Shown here in pieces: positions 1 through 10,253 of a stretch of DNA of 64,000 bases. The DNA is from Promethearchaeota archaeon (lineage in GTDB: Archaea > Asgardarchaeota > Lokiarchaeia > Sigyniarchaeales > SOKP01): NCBI GenBank assembly GCA_019058445.1, contig JAHPZA010000007.1, positions 1-64,000 on the forward strand, written 5' to 3'. The notes beneath the pieces were generated by a model. That model saw only the letters and a list, made by a program, of their open reading frames with translations. It was not told where the DNA came from and did not search any database. Position 1 is the first letter of the stretch. Each line of letters opens with the position of its first letter. A program made the position numbers and the translations under genes.

Positions 1-1020
1 TTCGGGGAGAACCAGCTATCACCGATCTAGATTAGCCTTTTGCTCCTATTCCCAGGTCATGTAAGCGAATTGCACGTCAGCACTACTGCAGACCTCCACC
101 ATCCTTTCGAACGGCTTCATCTTGCCCAGGAATAGATCGACCGGCTTCGGGTATTATAACAGAGACTTTTGGCCCTTTAAGACCATTCTTCTGATCTAAT
201 CCCTTAGAATGAATCACTAAACGTTTTTAGAGAGCAGAGCTCATCGTATAACGAATAGGTCATCATAATGTGATAATTAGGTTGCAAGAATATTGGTTTC
301 CCTAAGCCTCCGTGCCGCAAGACACTTAAGCTCGCCTCTACTATAAACTCCCTGGCCAATGATTCCAGACTGATGATGCAACCCTAGTCCTCTGTGCTCT
401 GATATTCCGTTACCGGAACACATTCGCTCAGAATCTCTCCTTTCAGGCTGCATCCCTATTAAGCTATTTGGTTTCAAGCACTTTTCACGACCCTTCCGGG
501 TTACTTTTCATCTTTCGCTCACGCTACTATTACGCTATCGGTCTTGGGACATATTTAGGTTTGCCAACATGTGTTTGGCACATTTGTACGAGAAAACCAT
601 CCCGCACTACTCAGGATACCTCAAATCAGCCTTCTAGGTTACCATTACGCGGCTATCACGCTCTATGGCACCACTTTCAAGAGGTTTTCACGTTCTCTAG
701 GGAGGCCGTATGAGGTCCATACACCACATCTCCGAGGGATTTTCTCCAACGGATTCGGTTTGACCTGTTCCGCTTTCGCTCGCCGTTACTCACGGAATCA
801 CTATTGTTTTCTTTTCCTCCTGGTACTAAAATGTTTTACTTCCCAGGGTTCCCCTTCCCTCACCTTTCGGTTATGGGAATCTTGTGGATTATTGGGCCAC
901 AAGAGGATGTCCTATTCGAGAATCTTGGGGTCTACGTCTACATGCGACTAACCCAAGCTTATCGCAGCTTGTCACGCTCTTCATCGGTGCCCAAGCCAAG
1001 ATATCCACCAAATAGCGGAG
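1..1020 (-). rRNA. rrl: 23S rRNA, 5' portion (continues beyond window start)
   Basis: Reverse complement has conserved LSU motifs (e.g. AGTACCAGGAGGAAAAGAAA, AGTAGCGTGAGCGAAAG, GATAGCTGGTTCTCCCCGAA). 5' end approximate. Confidence 0.97.
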
Positions 1021-1523
1021 GCGTCATGGCGTCTACTCAAGGAAAGGTTCAGATTACTCATGCTCAGGTATTAAGGGTGTGAAATGTAAAGCATATAAAA
1101 TATGGCATTGTTCGCGATTGTAAATCAAATCTCATATTTTGGGACATTTGATTTTACAATGGGGTATGTTCCTATGAGCATGATTTTCAATGCTTGGCAC
1201 GGTGTTCTCGTTTCCTGTGGCGCCACACTCCTCAGCTTTCCCAAGCAGCGCAGGGTACTCATCTCATGTGACGTACTTCCGCGAGGCCGATGCCATTATT
1301 GGCGTATATCATCCAATGGGATGAGATAATGTTCTCAACCAATAATTTGCGATGGTTAAAAGAATAAAATTTTGAAAAATTGATAATTAAACCATCGACG
1401 AAATATTAGAGTAATTATTGAGTTAAAAATTTTATGGTCTTAATTTATAAACTTTAAAAATGATTTGATAGGGTAATGATTTAAAATATTTAATCTTGTT
1501 ATTAGATTTTATTTTTTATGAAA

Positions 1524-2666
1524 TTAAAAACAGTGAAGATGTTTGAATGTTATATGCTTTTTGTAAAAGTTTTCTAATTTTTCTGTAGGGATTTGATTGT
1601 TATCGATATTAAAGCAGTATAGAAGTGGCAAATTTGATTCGTCTATCTCTTTTATATTATTATTCGCGAGATTTAGCGTTGATAATTGGTTAAGAGTAGT
1701 AAACCCACGGATTTCCGTTAGTTTATTGTCATTTAGGCGTAATACTCTCAAGCTATCTAAAGTTTCTAATCCTTTTATTGTTTTAATCATGTTATTGTTT
1801 AGGGCGAGGAGAAAAAGATTAGTTAAGGATGATAGATTAGTAATTTCAGTAATGTTATTATGGCTTAGGTATAGTGTATTGAGATTCTTATTATAGGTTA
1901 GACCTTCGATTTTAGTTATATTATTAGAATCAAGGTTCAGAAAGGTTAAGTTAATTAGATTATCCAGCCCGTCAATATTACTTATTTCATTGTTATTCAA
2001 ATATAATTGATTTAAATCTAAGAGAGTGTCTAGAGATTGTATTTGCGTAATATTATTTTTGGAAAGGTCTAAGACTTTCAATTTTGTAAGGTGTTCAAGC
2101 CCTTGAATTTCAGAAATTTTATTTCCTGAGAGAGATAATTCTGTTAGATTAGTGAGCTTTTCTAAGCCTTCTATTTCACTTATGCTGGTAATACCTAAAT
2201 TATTAAGATTTAGGATGTTATGTTTTACTAAATAAACTTTATTATGAACTGCTACATGTTCTTTCAGATTTAACAAGGTCATTAATTTAGGGTTTTCCGC
2301 ACGTCTTAAGTCTCTTAAAATAGAACATAATGCGATTTTAGGAGCGTTATTGATTGAATCCCAATCCACATTTTCAAGAGCCCATTGAATTGGGCTAAAT
2401 GCTCTATTAGGAAAGCTCTTGATAAGTAATTTCGTGGCATAGGTTTTGATACCATTATCTTCATCAGCAATTAAGAGATATTCTAAGATTTTGAAATAAA
2501 AATCAGATTTAAGACCCAATTTACCTAGAAACTTTAAGGCATCAAATCTCCTTCTGTCATTATCGCTTTTTTCGATTAGGGAAATAAAATAACTAATTAC
2601 TGAAGAATCATCAATTTTTCCAGATAAAAAATCATTATAAATCTCACTAGGTTCTGAAAGGGGCAT
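1524..2666 (-). CDS. Leucine-rich repeat protein (SDS22/internalin-like) with N-terminal HEAT-like domain
   Basis: About 9-10 LxxLxLxxNxIxxIxGL repeats of 22 aa. Confidence 0.9.
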   Translation of the reverse strand: MPLSEPSEIYNDFLSGKIDDSSVISYFISLIEKSDNDRRRFDALKFLGKLGLKSDFYFKILEYLLIADEDNGIKTYATKLLIKSFPNRAFSPIQWALENVDWDSINNAPKIALCSILRDLRRAENPKLMTLLNLKEHVAVHNKVYLVKHNILNLNNLGITSISEIEGLEKLTNLTELSLSGNKISEIQGLEHLTKLKVLDLSKNNITQIQSLDTLLDLNQLYLNNNEISNIDGLDNLINLTFLNLDSNNITKIEGLTYNKNLNTLYLSHNNITEITNLSSLTNLFLLALNNNMIKTIKGLETLDSLRVLRLNDNKLTEIRGFTTLNQLSTLNLANNNIKEIDESNLPLLYCFNIDNNQIPTEKLENFYKKHITFKHLHCF

Positions 2667-2772
2667 CTACATGTTTATTAAATGAGGTGGATATATAAAT
2701 ATTTAAGGTATGACTGCTGCTTTTATCAGATATTTGATATAAGTTTATATAAGTATCTTACTTAAGCAATGA

Positions 2773-3168
2773 GTGATGTCTAAGTTAAACCCATTTGATA
2801 TATTTCGCAAGCTTGAAAAGAAAGAGGTTGATATAGCGTCTGCTTTATATTATTTAAAGTCGATTTTAGAGCATACTGAAGACGTAACATTGAAACTTGA
2901 CACGATAGAAGTTATAAGTATCATCAAACCAGCTACTCAAGATTATTTCAATTTTTTGGAACATTTACTTATTACTGATAAGAATTACCAAGTAAGAGGC
3001 TTAATTGCTAAAGTAATAATTGAAAATTATCCTAAACTTTCATTTAAACCAATAAAATGGATATTAGAGAGAGAAGAAAGCAATATATGTTTAGGGCTAA
3101 TTAAAAATACTATTCTAAAAAGTACAGATTCTCATTTAAAATCACTTTTGGGTATAGATACTCATTGA
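2773..3168 (+). CDS. Stand-alone HEAT-like domain protein, homologous to the N-termini of the flanking LRR proteins
   Basis: Shares FLEHLLITD...IKWIL pattern with both neighbours. Confidence 0.75.
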   Translation: MMSKLNPFDIFRKLEKKEVDIASALYYLKSILEHTEDVTLKLDTIEVISIIKPATQDYFNFLEHLLITDKNYQVRGLIAKVIIENYPKLSFKPIKWILEREESNICLGLIKNTILKSTDSHLKSLLGIDTH

Positions 3169-3186
3169 TTTAATATGTGAACTAAA

Positions 3187-4329
3187 TCAGAAGTAATGGA
3201 AATATCTAAATTTTCGATGTTTTTTATAAAATTCTTTTAATTGTAGTTTAGGGATTTTATTATTGTCAAGGCTAAAGAAGTAGAGACTTGGCAAGTTTGG
3301 ATCTTTGAGTTCTCTAATCTTATTACCGTATAAATTTAAGTTGGTTAATTTTGTCAGATTTTGAATTCCTTTAATCTCCTGTATTTTATTTCCTGCAAGT
3401 TGTAAGATTCGTAGGTTACTTAAGGTATTGAGTCCTTTTATCTCGTCAATATTATTATTATTAAGTGCTAGGAAATATAATTCCCGTAGAGCTTCAAGGT
3501 TTTTAATTTCATTAATATCGTTATCATTGAGATATAGAGTGGTTAATTTAACATTATTTTGAAGATTTTTAATTTTGGTAAGATTATTTTTTTCAAGGTT
3601 TAAAAAATGTAAATTGACCAGATTGGTAAGACCTTTGATTTCTGTTATGGAATTATTATGGAGATATAACTGATTAAGCTTTTTAAGTGATTTTAGGCCT
3701 TTAATTTCTGTAATTTTATTCTCTGAAAGATTTAGTTTTTCTAAGCTTACTAGGTTTTCAAGATAATCAATTTCTATAATATTATTTCCCGAGAGGTTCA
3801 ATTCCTTAAGGTCTATAAGATTCGAAAGCCCTTTAATTTCATTTATTCTCTCAATATTCAAGCTTTTTAAATTTAGCACCCCATTATTTGGAAAAAAAAT
3901 TTCACCCTTATATGATACATGTTCTTTTAATTTAAGCAAGGACGTTAATTTTTCATCATTTACTCTTCTCAATTGCTTTAAAATAGAGCTTAAAGCAAGA
4001 TTTTTGTTCCCGTTAAATAAGGGCCATTCTAAATTTCTGAGTGCCCACATTAAGGGGGGATATGCTTTTTTAGGAAAATATATGATAAGATATTTAGCAG
4101 CATATGCTTTTAAATGATAATTTTCATCTGAAATTAATAGATTTTCCAAGAATTTAAAAATAAGCTCAGATTTTAATTGCAATTTACTTAAAATTTCAAG
4201 AGCTTCTAATCTTAATTGATCATCACTACTTTTTTCAATAAGAGAAATAATATAGCTTAAAAGAGAAGATTTATCCGTTTCACCAGCTAAATAGGTGTCA
4301 TAGATTTGTTTAAGCGTTAAGGAGGTCAT
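3187..4329 (-). CDS. Leucine-rich repeat protein, paralog of 1524..2666
   Basis: Same length (380 aa), colinear HEAT+LRR architecture and similar C-terminus. Confidence 0.9.
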   Translation of the reverse strand: MTSLTLKQIYDTYLAGETDKSSLLSYIISLIEKSSDDQLRLEALEILSKLQLKSELIFKFLENLLISDENYHLKAYAAKYLIIYFPKKAYPPLMWALRNLEWPLFNGNKNLALSSILKQLRRVNDEKLTSLLKLKEHVSYKGEIFFPNNGVLNLKSLNIERINEIKGLSNLIDLKELNLSGNNIIEIDYLENLVSLEKLNLSENKITEIKGLKSLKKLNQLYLHNNSITEIKGLTNLVNLHFLNLEKNNLTKIKNLQNNVKLTTLYLNDNDINEIKNLEALRELYFLALNNNNIDEIKGLNTLSNLRILQLAGNKIQEIKGIQNLTKLTNLNLYGNKIRELKDPNLPSLYFFSLDNNKIPKLQLKEFYKKHRKFRYFHYF

Positions 4330-4480
4330 TTCACATAAATTTAAAGGAACTTGACTATTTAAATATAATTCTTTTATGATTGGAGTATAAAAAACTCATT
4401 GGGGGGATATATATTTAATAGAGGAAATACTTTTCTTCTGGACGGAATTAAAAAAATCTGGAAGATTAGAAGAAAATAGG

Positions 4481-5344
4481 ATGAATAAAGTATTAATTGG
4501 TACCTCTGGATGGAGTTATGATGAGTGGGTTGGTCCCTTTTACCCTAAGAGCCTTACGAAAAAGGATTTTCTTATGTACTATTCGACGGTCTTTTACACA
4601 AATGAGATCAATACAACGTTTTATAATATCCCCTCAAAGTGGGTTGTAGAAAGTTGGACAAATCGCACACCATCTGACTTTTTATTTTCAGTGAAACTTC
4701 CTCAAACTATTACTCATAAAAATAAATTAGATATAAACCATTGTTTAGATGATTTATATTATTTCTTAGAGGTAATGAATCCTTTAATTGAGTCTAATAA
4801 ATTATTGGCTTTTTTGATACAATTGCCCCCTTCATTTCAAAAAACAAAACATTTTTGCAATTTAAAAGAATTTATTGCTAATTGGCCAAGTGATCGTGAA
4901 AAAGAGGGATATCAATTAGTTGTAGAATTTAGGAATAACTCATGGATGGATAATGAAGTATTTAATTATTTAAAGGCCAACTTACTTAGTTATTGTGCGG
5001 TAATTGAGCCTTTATTACCTCCTAGAATGGACATAACAAATTCTGAATTAGCATACATACGTTTTCATGGATATGGGAAGCAGATTTGGTTTGATTATAA
5101 TTTTAACGCGAAAGAGATTCAGAAATGGGCCATATCAATCCAAAAAGTAATTGAAAATTCCAAGAGAGTCGGGATTTATTTTAATAATCATTTTTCGGGA
5201 TATGCTGCTAAAAATTCATTAATGTTGATGAAAGAATTAGACATTCCACCTCGAAATGATCCAGCATCAATTCAAATTTTTGAGATCAAAAAAAAATCTG
5301 GCACTTATTCAAAAGGTCAAACGAGTTTAGAGAAGTTTTTTTAA
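4481..5344 (+). CDS. DUF72/YecE family protein
   Basis: IGTSGWSY, EINTTFY, QLPPSF, EFR, YIRFHG, YFNN motifs. Confidence 0.9.
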   Translation: MNKVLIGTSGWSYDEWVGPFYPKSLTKKDFLMYYSTVFYTNEINTTFYNIPSKWVVESWTNRTPSDFLFSVKLPQTITHKNKLDINHCLDDLYYFLEVMNPLIESNKLLAFLIQLPPSFQKTKHFCNLKEFIANWPSDREKEGYQLVVEFRNNSWMDNEVFNYLKANLLSYCAVIEPLLPPRMDITNSELAYIRFHGYGKQIWFDYNFNAKEIQKWAISIQKVIENSKRVGIYFNNHFSGYAAKNSLMLMKELDIPPRNDPASIQIFEIKKKSGTYSKGQTSLEKFF

Positions 5345-5386
5345 ATTTATTTAAGGAATACAACATAGAAGAAAAATTTAATTAAA

Positions 5387-6394
5387 ATGAGCAAAACTAT
5401 AATAAAAATAGGATTTATCGGAGCAGGATCTATTGGAACTTTGTTTGGAGGATATTTAGCATCAGTTAAATCAGAAAAATACTCAATTGAAGTGGTATTA
5501 TTTTGTAGAGAACAACATGCTAAGGCAATTAACAACGACGGATTAAATCTAACTGTGGATCAAAAGACCAAAGAGATTAGAAATATTAAGGCATTTGAAT
5601 CACCAGATAAATATATGGGAGCCACATTTCAGAAATCAGAGAATTCATTTGACTATTTATTTCTCACAACAAAAACCTATGATATTGAGGGAGCAATCAA
5701 CCAATATAAGAAATTAATTGATTTTTGTAAATGGTTTGTGGTGTTACAAAACGGAATTGGCAATGAAGATATTGTAAAAGAGCACTGTTCACCTGAAAAA
5801 ATCATTAGAGCAGTAACTTCAGTTGGAGCATTATTAATACAGCCTGGTAAGATTTTACATACTGGAAAAGGAATTACTAAAATAGGTTTTCCTTTTTTAT
5901 ATACGCTAGATTTAGATTCTAAAAGATTAGATCAAGTGCAAATTGGATTGGATTATTTAACAGAAATTTTAAATATTTCAGGATTAGAAACGATAAGTGT
6001 TAATGATATTAATAGAGATTGTTGGGAAAAGGTATTCGTCAATATCGGTATTAATGCTTTCGGTGCGTTAACTCGTTTAAAAAATGGTGAATTGTTACAA
6101 AACAGTAATTTAAAGCATTTAATGGGACATGTTGTAAGGGAAGCAATTAGAGTTGCGAAGCTTAAAAAAGTCAATCTTTCAGACTCAGATTATATAGGGA
6201 TAATGTATGATGTTGCAGAGAAGACCTCTGAAAACAAAAATAGCATGCTGCAGGATGTTTTAAAGGGAAAGAACACGGAAATTGATTTTATAAATGGTAG
6301 AATTGTAAAATATGCTCAAGAATTAGGTGTGGATGTACCGATTAATGAAACATTAACATACTTAATAAAAGGATTAGAGCGTTCATTAGATTAG
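5387..6394 (+). CDS. panE: Ketopantoate reductase
   Basis: GAGSIG, LQNG, WEKVFVN, SMLQD, TEIDFING. Confidence 0.92.
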   Translation: MSKTIIKIGFIGAGSIGTLFGGYLASVKSEKYSIEVVLFCREQHAKAINNDGLNLTVDQKTKEIRNIKAFESPDKYMGATFQKSENSFDYLFLTTKTYDIEGAINQYKKLIDFCKWFVVLQNGIGNEDIVKEHCSPEKIIRAVTSVGALLIQPGKILHTGKGITKIGFPFLYTLDLDSKRLDQVQIGLDYLTEILNISGLETISVNDINRDCWEKVFVNIGINAFGALTRLKNGELLQNSNLKHLMGHVVREAIRVAKLKKVNLSDSDYIGIMYDVAEKTSENKNSMLQDVLKGKNTEIDFINGRIVKYAQELGVDVPINETLTYLIKGLERSLD

Positions 6395-6930
6395 TCATGT
6401 TCGATTTTAAGAACCATAAAATACGCGTTTTCACCGTCTCGATAATATTTTTTTTTTATGCCTTCAGTCTTGAAATTAAATCCTTCGTAAAGGCTAATAG
6501 CACCGTAATTTGAAACTCGTACTTCTAACACATATTCACTGATACTGTGGCTTTTAATTTCAGGCATACTTGAGGATAACAATGCGCTGGCGATTCCTAA
6601 TCTTCTATACTCTTGACTTACAGCGATAGATACTAAATGTCCTTTATTCACTAATCTGAGGCTATTTTTGGAAGGCGTTCTTTCGATTCTCCACATGACA
6701 TATCCAATAATTTTGCTTGAATCCTCTTTAGGGTAGGCTACTAGGAAAGATTCCGGATAATTGTCGAGAATACTTTTATAAAAGAAAAAGGGATAATCTT
6801 CAGGGAGTTCTTTTTCATTAACTTCTTTTACTAATTCTAAATCTTCAAAGGTACATTTTCTAATAAGATATGCTTTTTTAGTAGTTCCATCTTTAAAAAT
6901 TCTCGTTTGAGTGTCTTTATCTGTACCCAT
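6391..6930 (-). CDS. N-terminal acetyltransferase (Ard1/RimI GNAT)
   Basis: LPEDY, GHLVSIAV, RRLGIA, LEVRVSN, YYRDGENA. Confidence 0.9.
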   Translation of the reverse strand: MGTDKDTQTRIFKDGTTKKAYLIRKCTFEDLELVKEVNEKELPEDYPFFFYKSILDNYPESFLVAYPKEDSSKIIGYVMWRIERTPSKNSLRLVNKGHLVSIAVSQEYRRLGIASALLSSSMPEIKSHSISEYVLEVRVSNYGAISLYEGFNFKTEGIKKKYYRDGENAYFMVLKIEHD

Positions 6931-7029
6931 GGTAATATAAGTTTGACTTTTAAATAAAAAGATATAATAAAACTATCTAATAAAAAATATTAAAAACATT
7001 TAATCTTTTTTGAAACAATAATTATTATA

Positions 7030-7833
7030 TTAGGTTTTTAATATCTTAAAAGCATCTTCTTTCTGAGTATCAATATAATCTTTAATTAGCTCTAGAGTAT
7101 CCTGAATATTCTTTTTATTATTAAAACTGTCTATGATTTCTTTTAATTGGGATTTATTTGTTTCTTTTAATCCATGTGCTAGGTTAACCATTTCTGGTAA
7201 AGCTCTCACAATATTGTCTACAATCGTTATATCGGCCCAGATAGCTGTTCTACTTATCGGATTTAAATCAATGGCAATAACTTTCTTGCCAATTTTTTTG
7301 AGAGCTTCAGTGCGATCTCCATCTTCTAATGGGACAAAAATACAATCCCCTTGATATATTCCAACAACATCGACAAAGCGCCGGTTACTCTCTAAATTAT
7401 CAAGACCAGTCATCTTTTCTTTATCAATTCCAAGAATATTTTTAGCGCCAGCATCTTCTAATACTTTTCTAATAGCATCAATCCGTCCTTTTTTTTGATA
7501 GAACAAATTGATTTCTAAAGGAGCATTAATTGCATCAGATAGTTTAACTAACTCTTCAGGTACCAAAGCTGCTGTATTCCCATTAACACTTATCACCGGT
7601 TTATTTGCGAGCAAAAGCATTGCGACTGCTGCGTTTATTGCTTTTTTAGCATAGATATTTGTTCTTTCACCTAGAATATAATCAAAACATTCACCTCTTC
7701 CATGCGCAATCAATCCTGCTTCTGCAACTACTAATTCTTTCACGCCCTCAATAATTTTATGACGATACTTTAAACTTTGATAACGAGGGTGAGTTTTTGG
7801 AAGGGCATGATTTTCATTCTCATTATTATTCAT
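7030..7833 (-). CDS. pps: Archaeal phosphopantothenate synthetase
   Basis: HPRYQSL, GLIAHGRGE, SVNGN, VPLEDGDR, IDLNPISRT. Confidence 0.92.
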   Translation of the reverse strand: MNNNENENHALPKTHPRYQSLKYRHKIIEGVKELVVAEAGLIAHGRGECFDYILGERTNIYAKKAINAAVAMLLLANKPVISVNGNTAALVPEELVKLSDAINAPLEINLFYQKKGRIDAIRKVLEDAGAKNILGIDKEKMTGLDNLESNRRFVDVVGIYQGDCIFVPLEDGDRTEALKKIGKKVIAIDLNPISRTAIWADITIVDNIVRALPEMVNLAHGLKETNKSQLKEIIDSFNNKKNIQDTLELIKDYIDTQKEDAFKILKT

Positions 7834-7930
7834 ATAATCTTAAATGCATAAGGTAGTTCTTTATATTATTGATTTAAAATAATGAAAAACTATTAATCTT
7901 TTGTATGTTTTAATGAAAGTGTAGATCTAT

Positions 7931-9205
7931 ATGAGTTCTGAGGTTAAAAAGAAAAGTAGCGATTTGGAAATTTATAGGACAAAAAAGTTATTGGAAAATC
8001 TGAGTAATAAGAAAGGATTTCATACTGAACTAATCTCATTATATATTCCTCATGATAGAAAGTTATCTGACGTTACAAATTATCTTAAAAACGAAGTAAG
8101 TGAAAGTCAAAATATTAAATCCAAACTTACCAGAAAGAATGTGTTAGATGGAATTTCAAGTCTCTTAGGGCAATTAAAAAATATTAATGAGGTTCCTGAA
8201 AACGGACTTGTTATGTTCTCAGGAGCTATACCCCAAAATAACACACCAGGGACTGAAAAGAACGAGTTATATATAATTCACCCACCAGATAAAGTGCAAA
8301 CCTTCCGATATCATTGTGCAAGTGAGTTTTTATTATGGCCATTAGAAGAGATGCTTCAACCAAAAGAAACATTTGGTTTAATTGTAATTGGAAGAAAGGA
8401 ATCTGCCGTCGGATATATAAGAGGAAGTAATGTGGAAGTAGTGAGAGAATTTACTTCTGGTATTCACGGTAAGCATAGGGCAGGAGGACAGTCACAAAAA
8501 CGATATGAAAGACTAATCGAAGAAGGTGAGAAACGTTTCTATCGGAGAATTTCCGAAGAAATGAACAAGATTTTTTTACCTATAGAGGATTTAAGTGGAT
8601 TATTTATAGGTGGACCAGGACCCTCAAAAGAAAAATTCGTAAATGATGAAAGTTTAGATTATAGATTACGTGAAAAAATCATCGATGTTGTTGATTTGGG
8701 ATATGGTGGGAGTGAGGGAATTAGAGCGCTAATTGAAAGGATTAAAGATAAAATTGAGAATGTTAAATACATTCGAGAAAAACAAATTATGCAGCGCTTT
8801 ATGAAAGAAATATCTAATGATACAGGGTTAGCTACTTATGGATTACAAGAGGTCCAAAAAGCCTTAAATTTTAGTGCCGTTGATACATTAATCCTTTCTG
8901 AGAGATTAGATTCATATAAAATTAGGTTAGAATGCTCTAATTGTGGTTATACAGAGGATCGAACTTCAAGAGAGGATCAATTAAACGCATTAGAGTTAAA
9001 AATCCAAGAAGAAAGCTGTCCTAAATGTAATTCAAATAATTTTAGTATAAGCGAAACAAAATCGATCATTGATGAACTTGGAGATATAGCTGAGACTACG
9101 GGGACTGATGTAGAGATACTTTCTGCTGAAACAGAGGATGGCGAGATGTTATACAGCACGTTTGGAGGAATTGTGGCAATTCTTCGATATAAGCTTAATT
9201 ATTAA
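7931..9205 (+). CDS. prf1: Peptide chain release factor aRF1
   Basis: NIKS, YxCxxxF and GGQS motifs. Confidence 0.97.
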   Translation: MSSEVKKKSSDLEIYRTKKLLENLSNKKGFHTELISLYIPHDRKLSDVTNYLKNEVSESQNIKSKLTRKNVLDGISSLLGQLKNINEVPENGLVMFSGAIPQNNTPGTEKNELYIIHPPDKVQTFRYHCASEFLLWPLEEMLQPKETFGLIVIGRKESAVGYIRGSNVEVVREFTSGIHGKHRAGGQSQKRYERLIEEGEKRFYRRISEEMNKIFLPIEDLSGLFIGGPGPSKEKFVNDESLDYRLREKIIDVVDLGYGGSEGIRALIERIKDKIENVKYIREKQIMQRFMKEISNDTGLATYGLQEVQKALNFSAVDTLILSERLDSYKIRLECSNCGYTEDRTSREDQLNALELKIQEESCPKCNSNNFSISETKSIIDELGDIAETTGTDVEILSAETEDGEMLYSTFGGIVAILRYKLNY

Positions 9206-9270
9206 AACTTATTATGTCAATTAGTTTTTAAAGTTGTTTCCTAATTATTTAGTAAAATAAGTGAAAAAAT

Positions 9271-10251
9271 ATGGAATTGAAAGAAATATTATTAAATTTA
9301 AAAATGGTTATGTTTGGTGGGAAGGGGGGTGTGGGCAAAACGACTTGTGCGGCAAGTTCAGCAATTTGGGCTGCTGAGCATGGGAAAAATACTTTAATTA
9401 TTAGTACCGACCCTGCTCACTCTTTAGGTGATAGTTTGGGGGTAGAGTTACCGCCTGGTGAGCCAACTCCTATTAAACAAATTAAAAATTTAACTGCCCT
9501 AGAAATTAATCCTAAGGCAAACATGACCGAATTCAAGGGATTAACCACCATGAATCCTATGGAAGATATGGGTATGGGGGGTATGATGGAAGGTTTGGGC
9601 ATGAGTGATATCCAAGAATTTGCTTCTATGAATCCTCCAGGGATTGATGAAGCATTAGCATTTGGAAAGGTTTTAGAATTTATTGAAACGGAACATGATT
9701 ATGATCTAATTATTTTTGATACCGCTCCAACTGGACATACTCTTAGATTCTTAAGTCTTCCAGAGACGTTATCAGGATGGATCGGGAAATTATTGAAATT
9801 AAGAATGAAAATTGGCAAATTTTTTGGAGTTTTCAAAAAAATGTTTGGAAAAGATGGAATGGAAGAGGATAATTCGCTAGAGCTTCTACAAAGACTTAAA
9901 AATTCTATCGTGAACGCTCGAGATGATCTTACAGATCCTTCTATAAATTCGTTTGTTGTGGTGACAATTCCCGAAGAGATGGCTATAGCTGAAACTGGCA
10001 GACTTTTAAATGAGTTGTTGAGATATAATATTCCAAATTCAGATATTATAATAAACCAATTATACCAAGATCCAACAGAATTATGTGATTTTTGTAAATC
10101 CCGGAGAGATATGCAGCAAAAAAATTTAAGCAAGATAAGAGAAATTTTTGGAGAAAAATTAAGTAAAAAATTAATAGAAATCCCACTTTTTAAGACTGAA
10201 ATAAGAGGGTATGAAAGATTAAAAGAAATAAGTGAGTTTTTAATTCAATAA
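9271..10251 (+). CDS. Get3/TRC40 (ArsA-family) ATPase
   Basis: GKGGVGKTT, STDPAHSL, DTAPTGHT, Met-rich insert, CxxC. Confidence 0.9.
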   Translation: MELKEILLNLKMVMFGGKGGVGKTTCAASSAIWAAEHGKNTLIISTDPAHSLGDSLGVELPPGEPTPIKQIKNLTALEINPKANMTEFKGLTTMNPMEDMGMGGMMEGLGMSDIQEFASMNPPGIDEALAFGKVLEFIETEHDYDLIIFDTAPTGHTLRFLSLPETLSGWIGKLLKLRMKIGKFFGVFKKMFGKDGMEEDNSLELLQRLKNSIVNARDDLTDPSINSFVVVTIPEEMAIAETGRLLNELLRYNIPNSDIIINQLYQDPTELCDFCKSRRDMQQKNLSKIREIFGEKLSKKLIEIPLFKTEIRGYERLKEISEFLIQ

Positions 10252-10253
10252 AA

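Noticed and set aside
277-1329. Five short ORFs
   Set aside because: They lie within the 23S rRNA or its leader
8930-9035. CxxC...CxxC insert in aRF1
   Set aside because: Known zinc-binding minidomain in many archaeal aRF1 proteins
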